Shown one piece after another: positions 47,918 to 57,551 of a stretch of DNA of 64,000 nucleotides (within the stretch, counting starts at the first letter, position 1; each line of letters begins with the position of its first letter). Location: the sequence record NC_048674.1; one strand, given 5' to 3'. The notes beneath the pieces are model-generated. The model did no database searches, was not told the DNA's origin, and saw only the letters and a program-made list of their open reading frames with translations. Both the position numbers and the translations under genes were made by a program.

Positions 47918-48973
47918 ATGAACATAATTTATATCGAACGACAGTTTGCAACTAGACTTAGTTACCGGATGGAATTGTGCACAGATCATTCCCGTGGTGT
48001 TGAGGTAAAGTATAATTTCCGTTGTCCTATATGTGGTGATAGTAAAACTGACTACAGTAAAACCCGTGGGTGGTTATACGAATCAGAGGGTCATGTTCGG
48101 TTTGGTTGCTTTAACTGCAACGTTAATATGAAGCTATCCAACTACCTTTATGATAATGAACCTGAAATGTATAGAGAATTTGCAAAGGAAAAATTTGCAA
48201 ACAAAGACGATAGTGAATGGTTCGAAACTAAAAAAACTGTAGAAAAACCAGTTGAACTAATCACAAAGAGTGTGATACCATATTCAACTTGTATAGAGGA
48301 TCTCCCAGAGAATCATCCCGCCGTGAAATGGGTTGCGGCTCGTAAAATCCCAAAACATCAATACAAACTGTTCTTCTTTACTGCGGATTGGAAGAAGGTT
48401 GCTAATAGTGTTAAGCCAGAAACCTATCTGTATGATGATAAGAAAGAATATCGATTGGTTATCCCGATCTATAACAAAGATGGAACATATTCATCTTTGC
48501 AGGGTCGAGCATTAGATCCAAACGTTGATAAAAGTAGACGATATTTGACTATCAAGGCTGATGACAAAGCGTCTAAAGTATATGGTATGGAACGTGTGGA
48601 TCCATCAAAGACAGTTTGGATGTTGGAAGGACCAATAGACAGCGTGTTTATACCTAATGCATGTGCTATCGTCGGTGGTGTTATGGCTCTTGAAGATGCA
48701 CCATTCCCTGATAAACGGGTATGGGTACTTGATAAAGAGGGTCGATCCTTCGACACACTAAAACGGATCGAAAATCTGATCAAAGCCGGTGAAAAGGTTG
48801 TCATCTGGGATGAATGTCCGTGGTCTTCCAAGGATATCAACGATTTCATAAAAAATGATGGCGCTACCATTGATGAAGTGGTACAATATCTGAAAGACCA
48901 CACATATAGTGGTTTGAGAGCTGAACTTGCACTTAGCAAGTGGCGTAAATTTGGACATAAGAGGATTTCGTGA
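47918..48973 (+). CDS. 61: DNA primase gp61
   Basis: NFRCPICGDS..CFNC Zn finger, QGRAL, LEGPIDSVF, KDIND. Confidence 0.96.
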   Translation: MNIIYIERQFATRLSYRMELCTDHSRGVEVKYNFRCPICGDSKTDYSKTRGWLYESEGHVRFGCFNCNVNMKLSNYLYDNEPEMYREFAKEKFANKDDSEWFETKKTVEKPVELITKSVIPYSTCIEDLPENHPAVKWVAARKIPKHQYKLFFFTADWKKVANSVKPETYLYDDKKEYRLVIPIYNKDGTYSSLQGRALDPNVDKSRRYLTIKADDKASKVYGMERVDPSKTVWMLEGPIDSVFIPNACAIVGGVMALEDAPFPDKRVWVLDKEGRSFDTLKRIENLIKAGEKVVIWDECPWSSKDINDFIKNDGATIDEVVQYLKDHTYSGLRAELALSKWRKFGHKRIS

Positions 48974-49335
48974 TGTATACTGAAAATGAACAAGATTATA
49001 AAATGACCATTTCTGAGGTTCTTTACAACGTTTCTGTTGGAATTTTTCCTGAGTGGTGGTGTTTTGAAATTGGTCTCTGTAACCAATCGTGGCATTACTG
49101 TATTGACTTTGAGAAAATCACAAATGAATATGCCACAGAAGATGGTATGTGTGATGTTTTCTCGTTGTTTTGGGTAGAGTGGGATCATTTTTCCGGTGAT
49201 AGTAGCTATCCTGTAAAATCCCCTTATGGTGATAACGCCTATGGGATGTACAATGAAGCAGATAGTCACTATGATCTTGCTTATGGTGAGAGTCGGAAAC
49301 AGCTTGCAGAATTTTTATCTAAAAAATTGAAATAA
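48970..49335 (+). CDS. hypothetical phage protein
   Basis: 121 aa, W.HFSG..YPV..YG..R..L pattern. Confidence 0.65.
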   Translation: MMYTENEQDYKMTISEVLYNVSVGIFPEWWCFEIGLCNQSWHYCIDFEKITNEYATEDGMCDVFSLFWVEWDHFSGDSSYPVKSPYGDNAYGMYNEADSHYDLAYGESRKQLAEFLSKKLK

Positions 49336-49347
49336 GAGAGAACAAAA

Positions 49348-49839
49348 ATGGAAATGAATTTTATTAGTGGTTTTGAATATGGGGTTTGTCCTGATTTTCA
49401 ACGAGAAGGGGACGCAGCTATTGACCTTCGTACCCCGGAAGCTATTATGTTGAAACCGGGTGAAGATATCATCGTTAACACTGGTATGCGGTTTGATATG
49501 AGTCAGATCGATACTGGTATTCCGGGTGTTGGTATTGCTGCAATGGTTCTCCCCCGTTCGGGTCTCGGGTTCAAATTCTATACCCGGTTGGCTAACACTG
49601 TTGGTCTTATCGATGGAAACTATCAGGGTGAGATCATGGTGAAGGTCCGGAATGAACATATTGTTAACGAAGACGACCCGATGAGCTTCAACAAGGTTTT
49701 GCATATTCCGAAGGGTGAGCGTTTCTGTCAGATGGTGTTTATCCCTGTATTCAACCAGATCAAGTTTAACCAAGTTGATGATTTCGATACACAAACTGTT
49801 CGTGGTTCTGCTGGGATTGGTTCTTCTGGGACAAAATAA
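49348..49839 (+). CDS. dut: trimeric dUTPase
   Basis: AAIDL, PRSGLG, GLIDGNYQGEI, GERFCQ, RGSAGIGSSG. Confidence 0.95.
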   Translation: MEMNFISGFEYGVCPDFQREGDAAIDLRTPEAIMLKPGEDIIVNTGMRFDMSQIDTGIPGVGIAAMVLPRSGLGFKFYTRLANTVGLIDGNYQGEIMVKVRNEHIVNEDDPMSFNKVLHIPKGERFCQMVFIPVFNQIKFNQVDDFDTQTVRGSAGIGSSGTK

Positions 49840-50492
49840 TGGTTACCGATTATATTACTGACTTTGAGACTTTGAATACGGTAGAAAAAGCTACCTTAGT
49901 TGAATTTTCTGTGATACCATTCAAAATGGATATTGAAAATCCACCTACATTTCAAAGTCTGGTTGAATCCGGAAAGAAAATTAAATTCGATCTGAAACAT
50001 CAAAAGGCTCTAGGACGTCGCGTGAGTGCGTCCACCGTGGAGTGGTGGAAATCTCAGGGAGAAGCAGCAAAATCTCTCTTGAAGCCATCCAGTGATGATA
50101 AGACCCTATATGATGGATATATGGACATCAAAGATTGGTTTGTGGAAACCGGGGTCGAGTTTAAGAAGTCCCATATCTGGACTCGTGGGGAAATGGATAT
50201 CATTTGGTTCCGTAGCTGGTATTGTGATGCTATGGATCTAGCAGACGACGATATTTCTGCTGCTATGCCTGTGATGTTCAACAACTTCCGTGAAGTGAGA
50301 ACCGCAATTGAAGCAAACATGGATCGCGATGTTACGTATTGCCCCCTTCCTAACGGGAGTCTTCCGGGTTTCGTAAAACATAACTCACTTCATGATTGCG
50401 CTCGTGACATTCTTATGTTAATCTATTCAAAACGATATGCGTATGGTCTGGAAGATATTCCGACTGACGTAGACCCTAACTCAATGAGGTAA
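49839..50492 (+). CDS. dexA: DexA exonuclease A
   Basis: ITDFETL, TVEWWKSQ, FVKHNSLHDCARDILM. Confidence 0.93.
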   Translation: MVTDYITDFETLNTVEKATLVEFSVIPFKMDIENPPTFQSLVESGKKIKFDLKHQKALGRRVSASTVEWWKSQGEAAKSLLKPSSDDKTLYDGYMDIKDWFVETGVEFKKSHIWTRGEMDIIWFRSWYCDAMDLADDDISAAMPVMFNNFREVRTAIEANMDRDVTYCPLPNGSLPGFVKHNSLHDCARDILMLIYSKRYAYGLEDIPTDVDPNSMR

Positions 50493-50497
50493 TTGAA

Positions 50498-50689
50498 ATG
50501 GCTATTAAATATCTGTCTATCGAAGAATTTGAATCCATCGTTAACCAAGAGGGTGTTGTAATGCGCTCGTCTTACGACCCGGAAGGGTATACCCAAGCGT
50601 ATTATCTGGATGGTGAGCTGGTTGCGCAGATGGATTGCACCGATAACGTGACCGTTCGATTTGTCGAGGTGGATGATGGGAGCGAGTGA
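50498..50689 (+). CDS. hypothetical protein
   Basis: 63 aa with SD. Confidence 0.6.
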   Translation: MAIKYLSIEEFESIVNQEGVVMRSSYDPEGYTQAYYLDGELVAQMDCTDNVTVRFVEVDDGSE

Positions 50690-50981
50690 TCTAAACCCAT
50701 TTAACTACCCATGGGTTGATGTCAATGTTGATTATCAAACAAGAATTAAACCGGGTGGTTTCTTAAACCCTTCTCAAGAAGAATATATTACGTTTGAGCG
50801 ATTCATAGATCTAACTTCTGTGGACGATATGGTTTCTGTAGTTCCGGACCTTTTTCATCCGTCAATGGAGCGCCATAGACACTACCTTAAGATCGGTTCA
50901 AATCGTATTCATTACATGGCTACGAAAATAAAATTCACAACCAGTAAAGATACGTTGTATTCTATAGAAAAAGGTTTGTAA
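50673..50981 (+). CDS. hypothetical protein
   Basis: About 100 aa, SD GAGGT. Confidence 0.6.
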   Translation: MMGASDLNPFNYPWVDVNVDYQTRIKPGGFLNPSQEEYITFERFIDLTSVDDMVSVVPDLFHPSMERHRHYLKIGSNRIHYMATKIKFTTSKDTLYSIEKGL

Positions 50982-51014
50982 GGGGATGAATCCCCTTTTA
51001 TCATTGAGGTATAA

Positions 51015-53018
51015 ATGAAAGAACAAGAAGGTAAAATCCTAAGTGATTACGAACATATTTTCCTCAATAGTGATATGTATGTTGGGTCGCTTTCGGAAGA
51101 AACCCATTTAGTGTTGGTTGATGGGAATTTTGTAGAAAAGCAATACATTCCGGGTTTGGTTAAAATTATCGATGAAATTATCGATAACTCAGTTGATGAA
51201 GCTATTCGTACCGATTTCAAATTTGCTAATAAAATTGATATTGTTGTTGATGACCAAACCAATCAGGTATCCATTTCTGATAATGGTCGTGGTATCCCGC
51301 AATATGACGTAAAGACCCCGGAAGGCGAAACCATCCCATATCCACAAGCTTGTTACACCCGAGCCCGTTCCGGTGGTAACTTCTCTGCTGATCGTAAGGG
51401 TATCGGTAAAAATGGTGTTGGTTCGGTATTGACCAACCTATACTCTACAATGTTCCGTGCGACAACTTGTGATGGGAAAAATACGGTCACAATCTATTGT
51501 ACACAAAATGCAGAACACCAATCCTACACCAAGAAAAAAGGTGGCACTCAGGGTACAACTGTTGAATTTATCCCAGATCTACTTGACAAATTTAACATCT
51601 TTGGTGGTATGCCTCCTGACGTAGTTGATGTTATCCGTTCTCGGGTAGAAATACTTTCTATTTTGTTCCCACAAGTAAAATTCACATTCAATAAGAAAAA
51701 AGTAGATTCCAAGTTCAAGAAATTTGCTAGTGACTTTGGGAATCCTGTTATCTTTGAAAATGAGAATTGTTCGTTCTTTATCGGTACATCAGATGAATTC
51801 CGTCAACTGAGTTATGTTAACGGGGTTCACACTAAACAGGGTGGTAACCACGTTGAATATCTGATAAACAGTCTATGTGATGAATTGACCCCCATGATCA
51901 AGCGTAAGTTTAAGGTCGAGATTAACAAAGCCCGTATCAAGGAAAACACTTTGCTGTTCCTTTCTCTTCGTGGCTTTGAGGGTGCCAAATTTGACGGACA
52001 AACTAAAGAACGGTTGAGTAATTCCAACGGTCAGATCAAGGATCACTGCGGAATCGATATCAAGTCCATAGCCAAAAAGATGATATCCAACGATTCTGTT
52101 ATCATGCCAATTGTAGAGAGTGCAATTGCAAAACGGGATGCGGTGGAAAAGGCACTAGCGACAAAAGCACAAAAGAAGGCTCTAACTGCCAACGTACCAA
52201 AACATATCCAAGCGAACAAATATGGAAAGAAAGGGTTTGAAACCACTCTGTTCTTGACCGAGGGTGATTCTGCAAGTGGCCCACTGGGTATAACTCGCGA
52301 CCACGACACTCAGGGTGGATTCCCGTTGAAGGGTAAACTTCTATCTGTTCATAAATGCGAAAAGGTAAAGGTAATTGCCAACAAAGAGATTGCCAATATT
52401 ATTTCAATTCTTGGTATGACTCTAGATGATACAAAAGAGCTACCATCAGGAGATTTCTTTGTAAATAAAGATGGTTTCATTGTTGCAGAAAATGATGAAA
52501 TGTTGGTAAATGGTAAATGGGTTGAAACTCGTGGTATTGTAACCGGTAAGGATTGGGAACAAACTCTACAGCCTGATATGTTAAAATATCGTGGTCAAAA
52601 AGGGGTTCGACGTAACACCAAGGCAAATTATGATTATGTTGCTATCTTGGTAGATGCGGATCCAGATGGACGAGGACATATCAGTAACCTGATAATCTCG
52701 TTGTTCCATAAGTACTGGAAACACTTTATTGATCAAGGTCGTTTGTTGGTATGCCGTACCCCGGAATTCATTAGTCGAAACGGGAAAGAAACCGTTTGGA
52801 GTTATGATACGGTAGAATTTCACTCCAAGACGTTCAAGGGTTCTGGGTGGAAGCATGAACACGTTAAGGGTCTGGGTCAGTTAGACCGAGCTGACTACAA
52901 GAAATGTATTCGAGATCCTTATATGGAGGTTGTTCGGGTTGATGAACAAGCAGCAGATGCGTTAGAAATGTTCTTTGGAACCGAATCGGACCTTCGTAAG
53001 GTGTGGATGGATGATTAA
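51015..53018 (+). CDS. 39: DNA topoisomerase II large subunit, fused gp39+gp60
   Basis: EIIDNSVDE, DNGRGIP, GKNGVG (GHKL), LTEGDSA, PLKGK, DADPDG (TOPRIM), KGLG. Confidence 0.96.
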   Translation: MKEQEGKILSDYEHIFLNSDMYVGSLSEETHLVLVDGNFVEKQYIPGLVKIIDEIIDNSVDEAIRTDFKFANKIDIVVDDQTNQVSISDNGRGIPQYDVKTPEGETIPYPQACYTRARSGGNFSADRKGIGKNGVGSVLTNLYSTMFRATTCDGKNTVTIYCTQNAEHQSYTKKKGGTQGTTVEFIPDLLDKFNIFGGMPPDVVDVIRSRVEILSILFPQVKFTFNKKKVDSKFKKFASDFGNPVIFENENCSFFIGTSDEFRQLSYVNGVHTKQGGNHVEYLINSLCDELTPMIKRKFKVEINKARIKENTLLFLSLRGFEGAKFDGQTKERLSNSNGQIKDHCGIDIKSIAKKMISNDSVIMPIVESAIAKRDAVEKALATKAQKKALTANVPKHIQANKYGKKGFETTLFLTEGDSASGPLGITRDHDTQGGFPLKGKLLSVHKCEKVKVIANKEIANIISILGMTLDDTKELPSGDFFVNKDGFIVAENDEMLVNGKWVETRGIVTGKDWEQTLQPDMLKYRGQKGVRRNTKANYDYVAILVDADPDGRGHISNLIISLFHKYWKHFIDQGRLLVCRTPEFISRNGKETVWSYDTVEFHSKTFKGSGWKHEHVKGLGQLDRADYKKCIRDPYMEVVRVDEQAADALEMFFGTESDLRKVWMDD

Positions 53019-53020
53019 CA

Positions 53021-53055
53021 AAAAGGGAACCGATGGGGTTCCCTTTTCTTTTTTA
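53021..53055 (+). terminator. terminator after topoisomerase
   Basis: AAAAGGGAACC-GATGG-GGTTCCCTTTT. Confidence 0.8.
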
Positions 53056-53088
53056 TTGTGTATAATAGTGGAAAATAGAGGAATAATT

Positions 53089-53415
53089 ATGGCTAACCTA
53101 AATGATATCGCTCACTCAGTAAGACCTACAATCTCAATTGGAGACAAATCCACCGTGTGGTTTATCCGTGAAAAGCTTGTAGGGTGGTTTGAAGAAAGTG
53201 TAGAATACTGGCTTGAATGGTGTAAAGAAGATGGTATAGAACCTATCGAAGAGGTTCTAAAAGAAAATATGAAGCTTCTCAACGCAATAAAAACATGTTC
53301 TACAATCACAAAGAAAACTGTTGATTGGAAACTGGTTATGGGTTATGATGTTGACATTGATAAGCTTGCACTCGACTGGTTAGATCTATATCTTGACTAT
53401 GAGGTTAAAAAATGA
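53089..53415 (+). CDS. hypothetical early protein
   Basis: TGnTATAAT upstream, SD GAGG. Confidence 0.65.
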   Translation: MANLNDIAHSVRPTISIGDKSTVWFIREKLVGWFEESVEYWLEWCKEDGIEPIEEVLKENMKLLNAIKTCSTITKKTVDWKLVMGYDVDIDKLALDWLDLYLDYEVKK

Positions 53416-53684
53416 GTATGTACAAATTCCGAAGTGACTATGAAAAAGAAGAGTTCATTTCTGTTGGTGAGGTTTTTCACGAATTTGAAGAGGATGGTAT
53501 TAACTCAAACAAGTTAATCGTTGATTTTCTTAAAAAGACTGGTCGTGACGAATTTGAACTTGTGCCGTTTGTACCTGATGAAAAATACGTTATCGATTTA
53601 GAAGAAACTCCCGATGAACTGAAAGACTTGATCTATCATTTCAGCCAAGCTGACATCGAAAACTATCTTGTGGAGATTGAATAA
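53412..53684 (+). CDS. hypothetical acidic protein (paralog of 53684 and 7996)
   Basis: YKFRS..EEF..HFSQADIENYLVEI. Confidence 0.7.
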   Translation: MSMYKFRSDYEKEEFISVGEVFHEFEEDGINSNKLIVDFLKKTGRDEFELVPFVPDEKYVIDLEETPDELKDLIYHFSQADIENYLVEIE

Positions 53685-53971
53685 TGAACAAATACCGGTT
53701 TAAAAGTGAGAACCATAAACAGGAATTTCTGAATTCTTCGTGGGATTTTGAAGATGAGATGGAATTCAACTACAACGAATCCATCTGTAAATTCTTGGAT
53801 ATGGAAGGTATTGACGAATTTTATGTTGACGAAACAGAAGACCATCAGTATTGTATCCTAATCGAAGACGACGACGGGAATTTTGGAATCGCAGAAGTCA
53901 TCCATATCGGTAAACCGCTTCTGTTCCACTTCTACCCAGAAGACGTACATCATTATCTCGAAGTAGTTTAA
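53684..53971 (+). CDS. hypothetical acidic protein
   Basis: YRFKS..QEF..HFYPEDVHHYLEV. Confidence 0.7.
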   Translation: MNKYRFKSENHKQEFLNSSWDFEDEMEFNYNESICKFLDMEGIDEFYVDETEDHQYCILIEDDDGNFGIAEVIHIGKPLLFHFYPEDVHHYLEVV

Positions 53972-53993
53972 AAGGTTAAATGAGAAATACATT

Positions 53994-56228
53994 ATGAAAA
54001 TTGTTACAAATAAACAACCTGTATTTGGGACTGTTATGGAAGAGTCCCGCGATTTTGGTATGAAGTTTGATGAAAAAGCTTATACCATTCTTAGTTCTGG
54101 GCTTTATAAATTCAAGATCCGAGCTTTCATTCGTGAATTGAGCTGTAACGCAATCGATGGTCACATTGCATTGGAAAAGATTGGTGGAACCCCACCGAAA
54201 TATTTTGATGTAGAGCTTCCGTCTGATATTAATTTGCAATGGAGACTCCGCGATTATGGTATTGGTATGGACAAGGATGGTATTTTCAACTTGTTCACCA
54301 CATATTTTGCATCAACCAAGGAAGATTCTGACGATTTTATCGGTGCATTTGGTCTTGGTTCTAAAAGTCCGTTCTGCTACACAACAACATTCACTGTAAC
54401 ATCGTGGTGTAAGGGTCTCAAAACCGTCTATAGCATCTTCATGAACAACGGTATACCAAAGTGTGTCCCCATCTTCGAAGAACCGTCAGACGAGCCCACA
54501 GGTATCGAAATCGTAATCCCTATCGATCAAGATGATATTACCGAAGTTCGGAATGAAGCTCGGGTGGTGTACCACACATTTGATAAAGATGGATTTTATC
54601 CAAACATCATCAATCAGAATTTCGAGTTGACTAACTACAAGTCATCTGGTTACTATGGTTCCATCATGGATAATGGCGTATATGCTGTTATGGGTGGTGT
54701 TTCTTACAAGATCCCAGCAAAGCTTTACGAAAATGAGGTTTGTTCGGTATTCTTTAATAATTCATATAACTTTATCGATTTTCCTGTTGGGTCTCTCAAT
54801 CCTCTCCCGAACCGGGAAGAATTGAGTCTTGATAAACACACACTGAATACACTGAATTCTTATTTTAAATCCCAATCGGACCAAGTTATTGATGAAGTCA
54901 ATAAAAAGGTTTCTGAACATGGAAAGGATGCACGAAGTAAAATTCATGCTATTTTGTCTATGGATTTTGGTGAGCATATCTTTAACAAAGTATCAAAGAT
55001 TATTGACCATAACGGCAAGTCTCTTCAAGATTGGCGCTTCTTCTACGAAAGTATTACATCTTCGAAAGAATGGTCTTTGTTTAAAGATTTCTGTGTGGAT
55101 CACAGTTATAAAAACAAAAATTTCGTTTATATCGATACATTTAGTAATGCGGTGCGAAATGTTTGGAATCTTGAACGTGCAAGATATTACGGGTCGTCTC
55201 GTAAAATCGAGTTTAATGACTATTTCATGCCGTCAGTAAAGAATAAGCGATATCCATTCCCAATCCTTCTGTCTAATATGGATGGTAAGTGGAAGGTACG
55301 GATCAAGCTTCTTATGAAGTATGGTATCATTCCTAATGAACGGGTTGTTGTTATGAGCGATTACCCTTATTCTCGCAAACCTTTCAAGAATGTAACTCGA
55401 AATCTCTTTATCCAGATTGCAAAGCGTTACCACAAAGACGATATCGATGTTTTTCATGTAGAGAAGTTGTATGATAAGCACGTTCAAGAAATTGAAGAGA
55501 AAGAAGCAGAAGAGAAGCGCCAACGTCGTTTAGAAGCACAGCGGAATAGGGCTAAAACTCCACGTTACAAACCAGACAACTCGCATTATTATAATAAAGG
55601 GTATCGCAGTACTGGCAATTTCCTTGCCAAGGATGTACACGAGCTTAGTGGGCTGTATGGTCTTCGTTCTGGCGAATATATTGTTGTTGATGGTCATGAA
55701 GTTACAGATGGACTTCAAAGTTGGTTATCTGAGATGTTTGATACAACGTTGTATGCATTTCCGAAAACCCTTGAACGACGGGCTAACATGAATGAGAATT
55801 TGACTCTCATTACAAAGGAAATGATCAAAGGTAAACTTGTTGAATATCTCAATAACAATTTAAAGGGTAATAAAATTGGTTGGAATATCAATAGGTCTGA
55901 TAAGCCAAGGGTCGATATGGAAATTACTCGGGAAATGAAGGACTATTTTGGTATCTCGGAATCCGGTGATTGGGATCATGATCTTGGTAATATTTATGTT
56001 CATGCTCAAGAATATTTGACTGAACATGAATATCAAGTTTATACCGATGTTGTTGAAAACCATCGTCAGAGTATGTATGATGTATATCATAATTTTTATG
56101 ACGAAATGAAAAAGCAATTCCCCATGGAATGTGCGATTCTTAGGTTGAAGAAAAATTATAGTTGTGTAAAAAACGAAGAGTTCGAACTTGCAACTAAACT
56201 TATTATGGAAAACTACAAAGGGGTGTAA
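53994..56228 (+). CDS. rIIA: RIIA protein
   Basis: LSSGLYKFKIRAFIRELSCNAIDGH, LRDYGIGM, YFASTK, GAFGLGSKSPF, REELSLD. Confidence 0.96.
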   Translation: MKIVTNKQPVFGTVMEESRDFGMKFDEKAYTILSSGLYKFKIRAFIRELSCNAIDGHIALEKIGGTPPKYFDVELPSDINLQWRLRDYGIGMDKDGIFNLFTTYFASTKEDSDDFIGAFGLGSKSPFCYTTTFTVTSWCKGLKTVYSIFMNNGIPKCVPIFEEPSDEPTGIEIVIPIDQDDITEVRNEARVVYHTFDKDGFYPNIINQNFELTNYKSSGYYGSIMDNGVYAVMGGVSYKIPAKLYENEVCSVFFNNSYNFIDFPVGSLNPLPNREELSLDKHTLNTLNSYFKSQSDQVIDEVNKKVSEHGKDARSKIHAILSMDFGEHIFNKVSKIIDHNGKSLQDWRFFYESITSSKEWSLFKDFCVDHSYKNKNFVYIDTFSNAVRNVWNLERARYYGSSRKIEFNDYFMPSVKNKRYPFPILLSNMDGKWKVRIKLLMKYGIIPNERVVVMSDYPYSRKPFKNVTRNLFIQIAKRYHKDDIDVFHVEKLYDKHVQEIEEKEAEEKRQRRLEAQRNRAKTPRYKPDNSHYYNKGYRSTGNFLAKDVHELSGLYGLRSGEYIVVDGHEVTDGLQSWLSEMFDTTLYAFPKTLERRANMNENLTLITKEMIKGKLVEYLNNNLKGNKIGWNINRSDKPRVDMEITREMKDYFGISESGDWDHDLGNIYVHAQEYLTEHEYQVYTDVVENHRQSMYDVYHNFYDEMKKQFPMECAILRLKKNYSCVKNEEFELATKLIMENYKGV

Positions 56229-56252
56229 GCCCCTTTTTAATGAGGAAATAAA

Positions 56253-57446
56253 ATGGAAACTATCCATATTGAAAAACTTGAAGCATTGATTCGTAGCGGT
56301 ATTTACGATGTAACCGGTTATAAAATAAAAGAACTTGACAACAACAGAACTTTTGCATATTACAACCTAGACGATCTCGATGTTGTAGAACTTGTTATGT
56401 ATATCGAGGAAGAACTTGATATAGATCTTGGCGATCTCGATGTACTTGAAGGATGGGAAGCCCTTACAATTAAAGAATTGATTAAATTGATGGTTGGGAC
56501 TAATAAAATCGATTTGCAATTTGATGTACATGATTATTCTGAAAATAAAGTCGAAGAAAGTCGTGATGATAAAATTATCCGACTTCATAATCTCGGAATC
56601 AGCCAAAACGAAATTTCCCGTCAAACTGGTATCCCTCGTTCAACAGTAGGTGATGTAGTTCGTCGCTATAAGGGAATTCAGAAGAAGTCGGATAAAACAA
56701 TCCATTTGAAGGAAATAATCGAACCGGTTCATACCCCCGTGGTATCTTGGAATGCAAGTTATGACTTTATTAACTGCTTCATTGATGGAACCCCATACGT
56801 TGCAGACCGAGCCCACCCACGGTTTGAAGATGCGTTTCAACTCCTGATCCGCGACAATGATGTGGTCGGTGCGGTAAACCTGATTTCTATCAAAGAAGCA
56901 ATCAAAACCTATTCTTCTGGTGATATTCGGATTGAAGGCGACACACTCTACTATCGTGATATTGTTCTTGATACATCGATGACCCGAAGAATCATTGATA
57001 TGTGGGCGTCCGGGGAAGAGTTTGAGTATATGGTTACCTTCCTGAAAAACCTGTTACAGAATCCGCGCCGTGCGGCTGTATACGAGCTTTTTGACTTCCT
57101 GACTCATAGTGACATCAAAATCACCAACGATGGTCATTTCCTAGCGTACAAGCGCGTTACCGAGGATTATAAGGATATCCGCACCCACACGTTTGATAAT
57201 AGTATTGGTTCTAAGCCACGAGTCGAGCCATTTGAGGTAGATGACGACCGAAACAATACTTGTGCTGCGGGTCTTCATGCTGCTGCTCGTCACTACATCC
57301 CATACTATTCATCTTGTGAGAATGACCGGGTTGTGATGGTTAAGATCAACCCAGCCCACGTCGTTGCTATCCCAACTGATTACGACAATGCGAAACTTCG
57401 TACTTGGACTTATGAAGTAATCTCAGACGTAACTCACGAGTTCTAA
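56253..57446 (+). CDS. rIIB: RIIB protein with N-terminal ACP-like and HTH domains
   Basis: WNAS..F, FLKNLLQNP, DGHFLAYKRV, CAAGLH, DYDNAKLRTW.YEVI. First ~82 aa resemble acyl carrier protein. Confidence 0.95.
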   Translation: METIHIEKLEALIRSGIYDVTGYKIKELDNNRTFAYYNLDDLDVVELVMYIEEELDIDLGDLDVLEGWEALTIKELIKLMVGTNKIDLQFDVHDYSENKVEESRDDKIIRLHNLGISQNEISRQTGIPRSTVGDVVRRYKGIQKKSDKTIHLKEIIEPVHTPVVSWNASYDFINCFIDGTPYVADRAHPRFEDAFQLLIRDNDVVGAVNLISIKEAIKTYSSGDIRIEGDTLYYRDIVLDTSMTRRIIDMWASGEEFEYMVTFLKNLLQNPRRAAVYELFDFLTHSDIKITNDGHFLAYKRVTEDYKDIRTHTFDNSIGSKPRVEPFEVDDDRNNTCAAGLHAAARHYIPYYSSCENDRVVMVKINPAHVVAIPTDYDNAKLRTWTYEVISDVTHEF

Positions 57447-57551
57447 ATAAGGGGAGAAATCCCCTTTTAACATATGAGAAAATCAAAATCAAAACATGAG
57501 TACATTGTGATATATAATGTTTATAACAAAACACATAAGGTACTTTAAATA

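Noticed and set aside
51015-53018. T4 gene 60-type 50 nt ribosomal bypass
   Set aside because: The reading frame is open throughout, with no stop or take-off hairpin at the junction.
27006-53050. Identical AAAGGGAACC/GGTTCCCTTT stems at 27007 and 53022 as a mobile repeat
   Set aside because: Both sit right after stop codons with U tracts. They are ordinary terminators with different loops.
57443-57449. CTAAATA at the rIIB stop codon as a late promoter
   Set aside because: It is followed immediately by a terminator hairpin, and the next gene has its own TATAAT element. Probably incidental.
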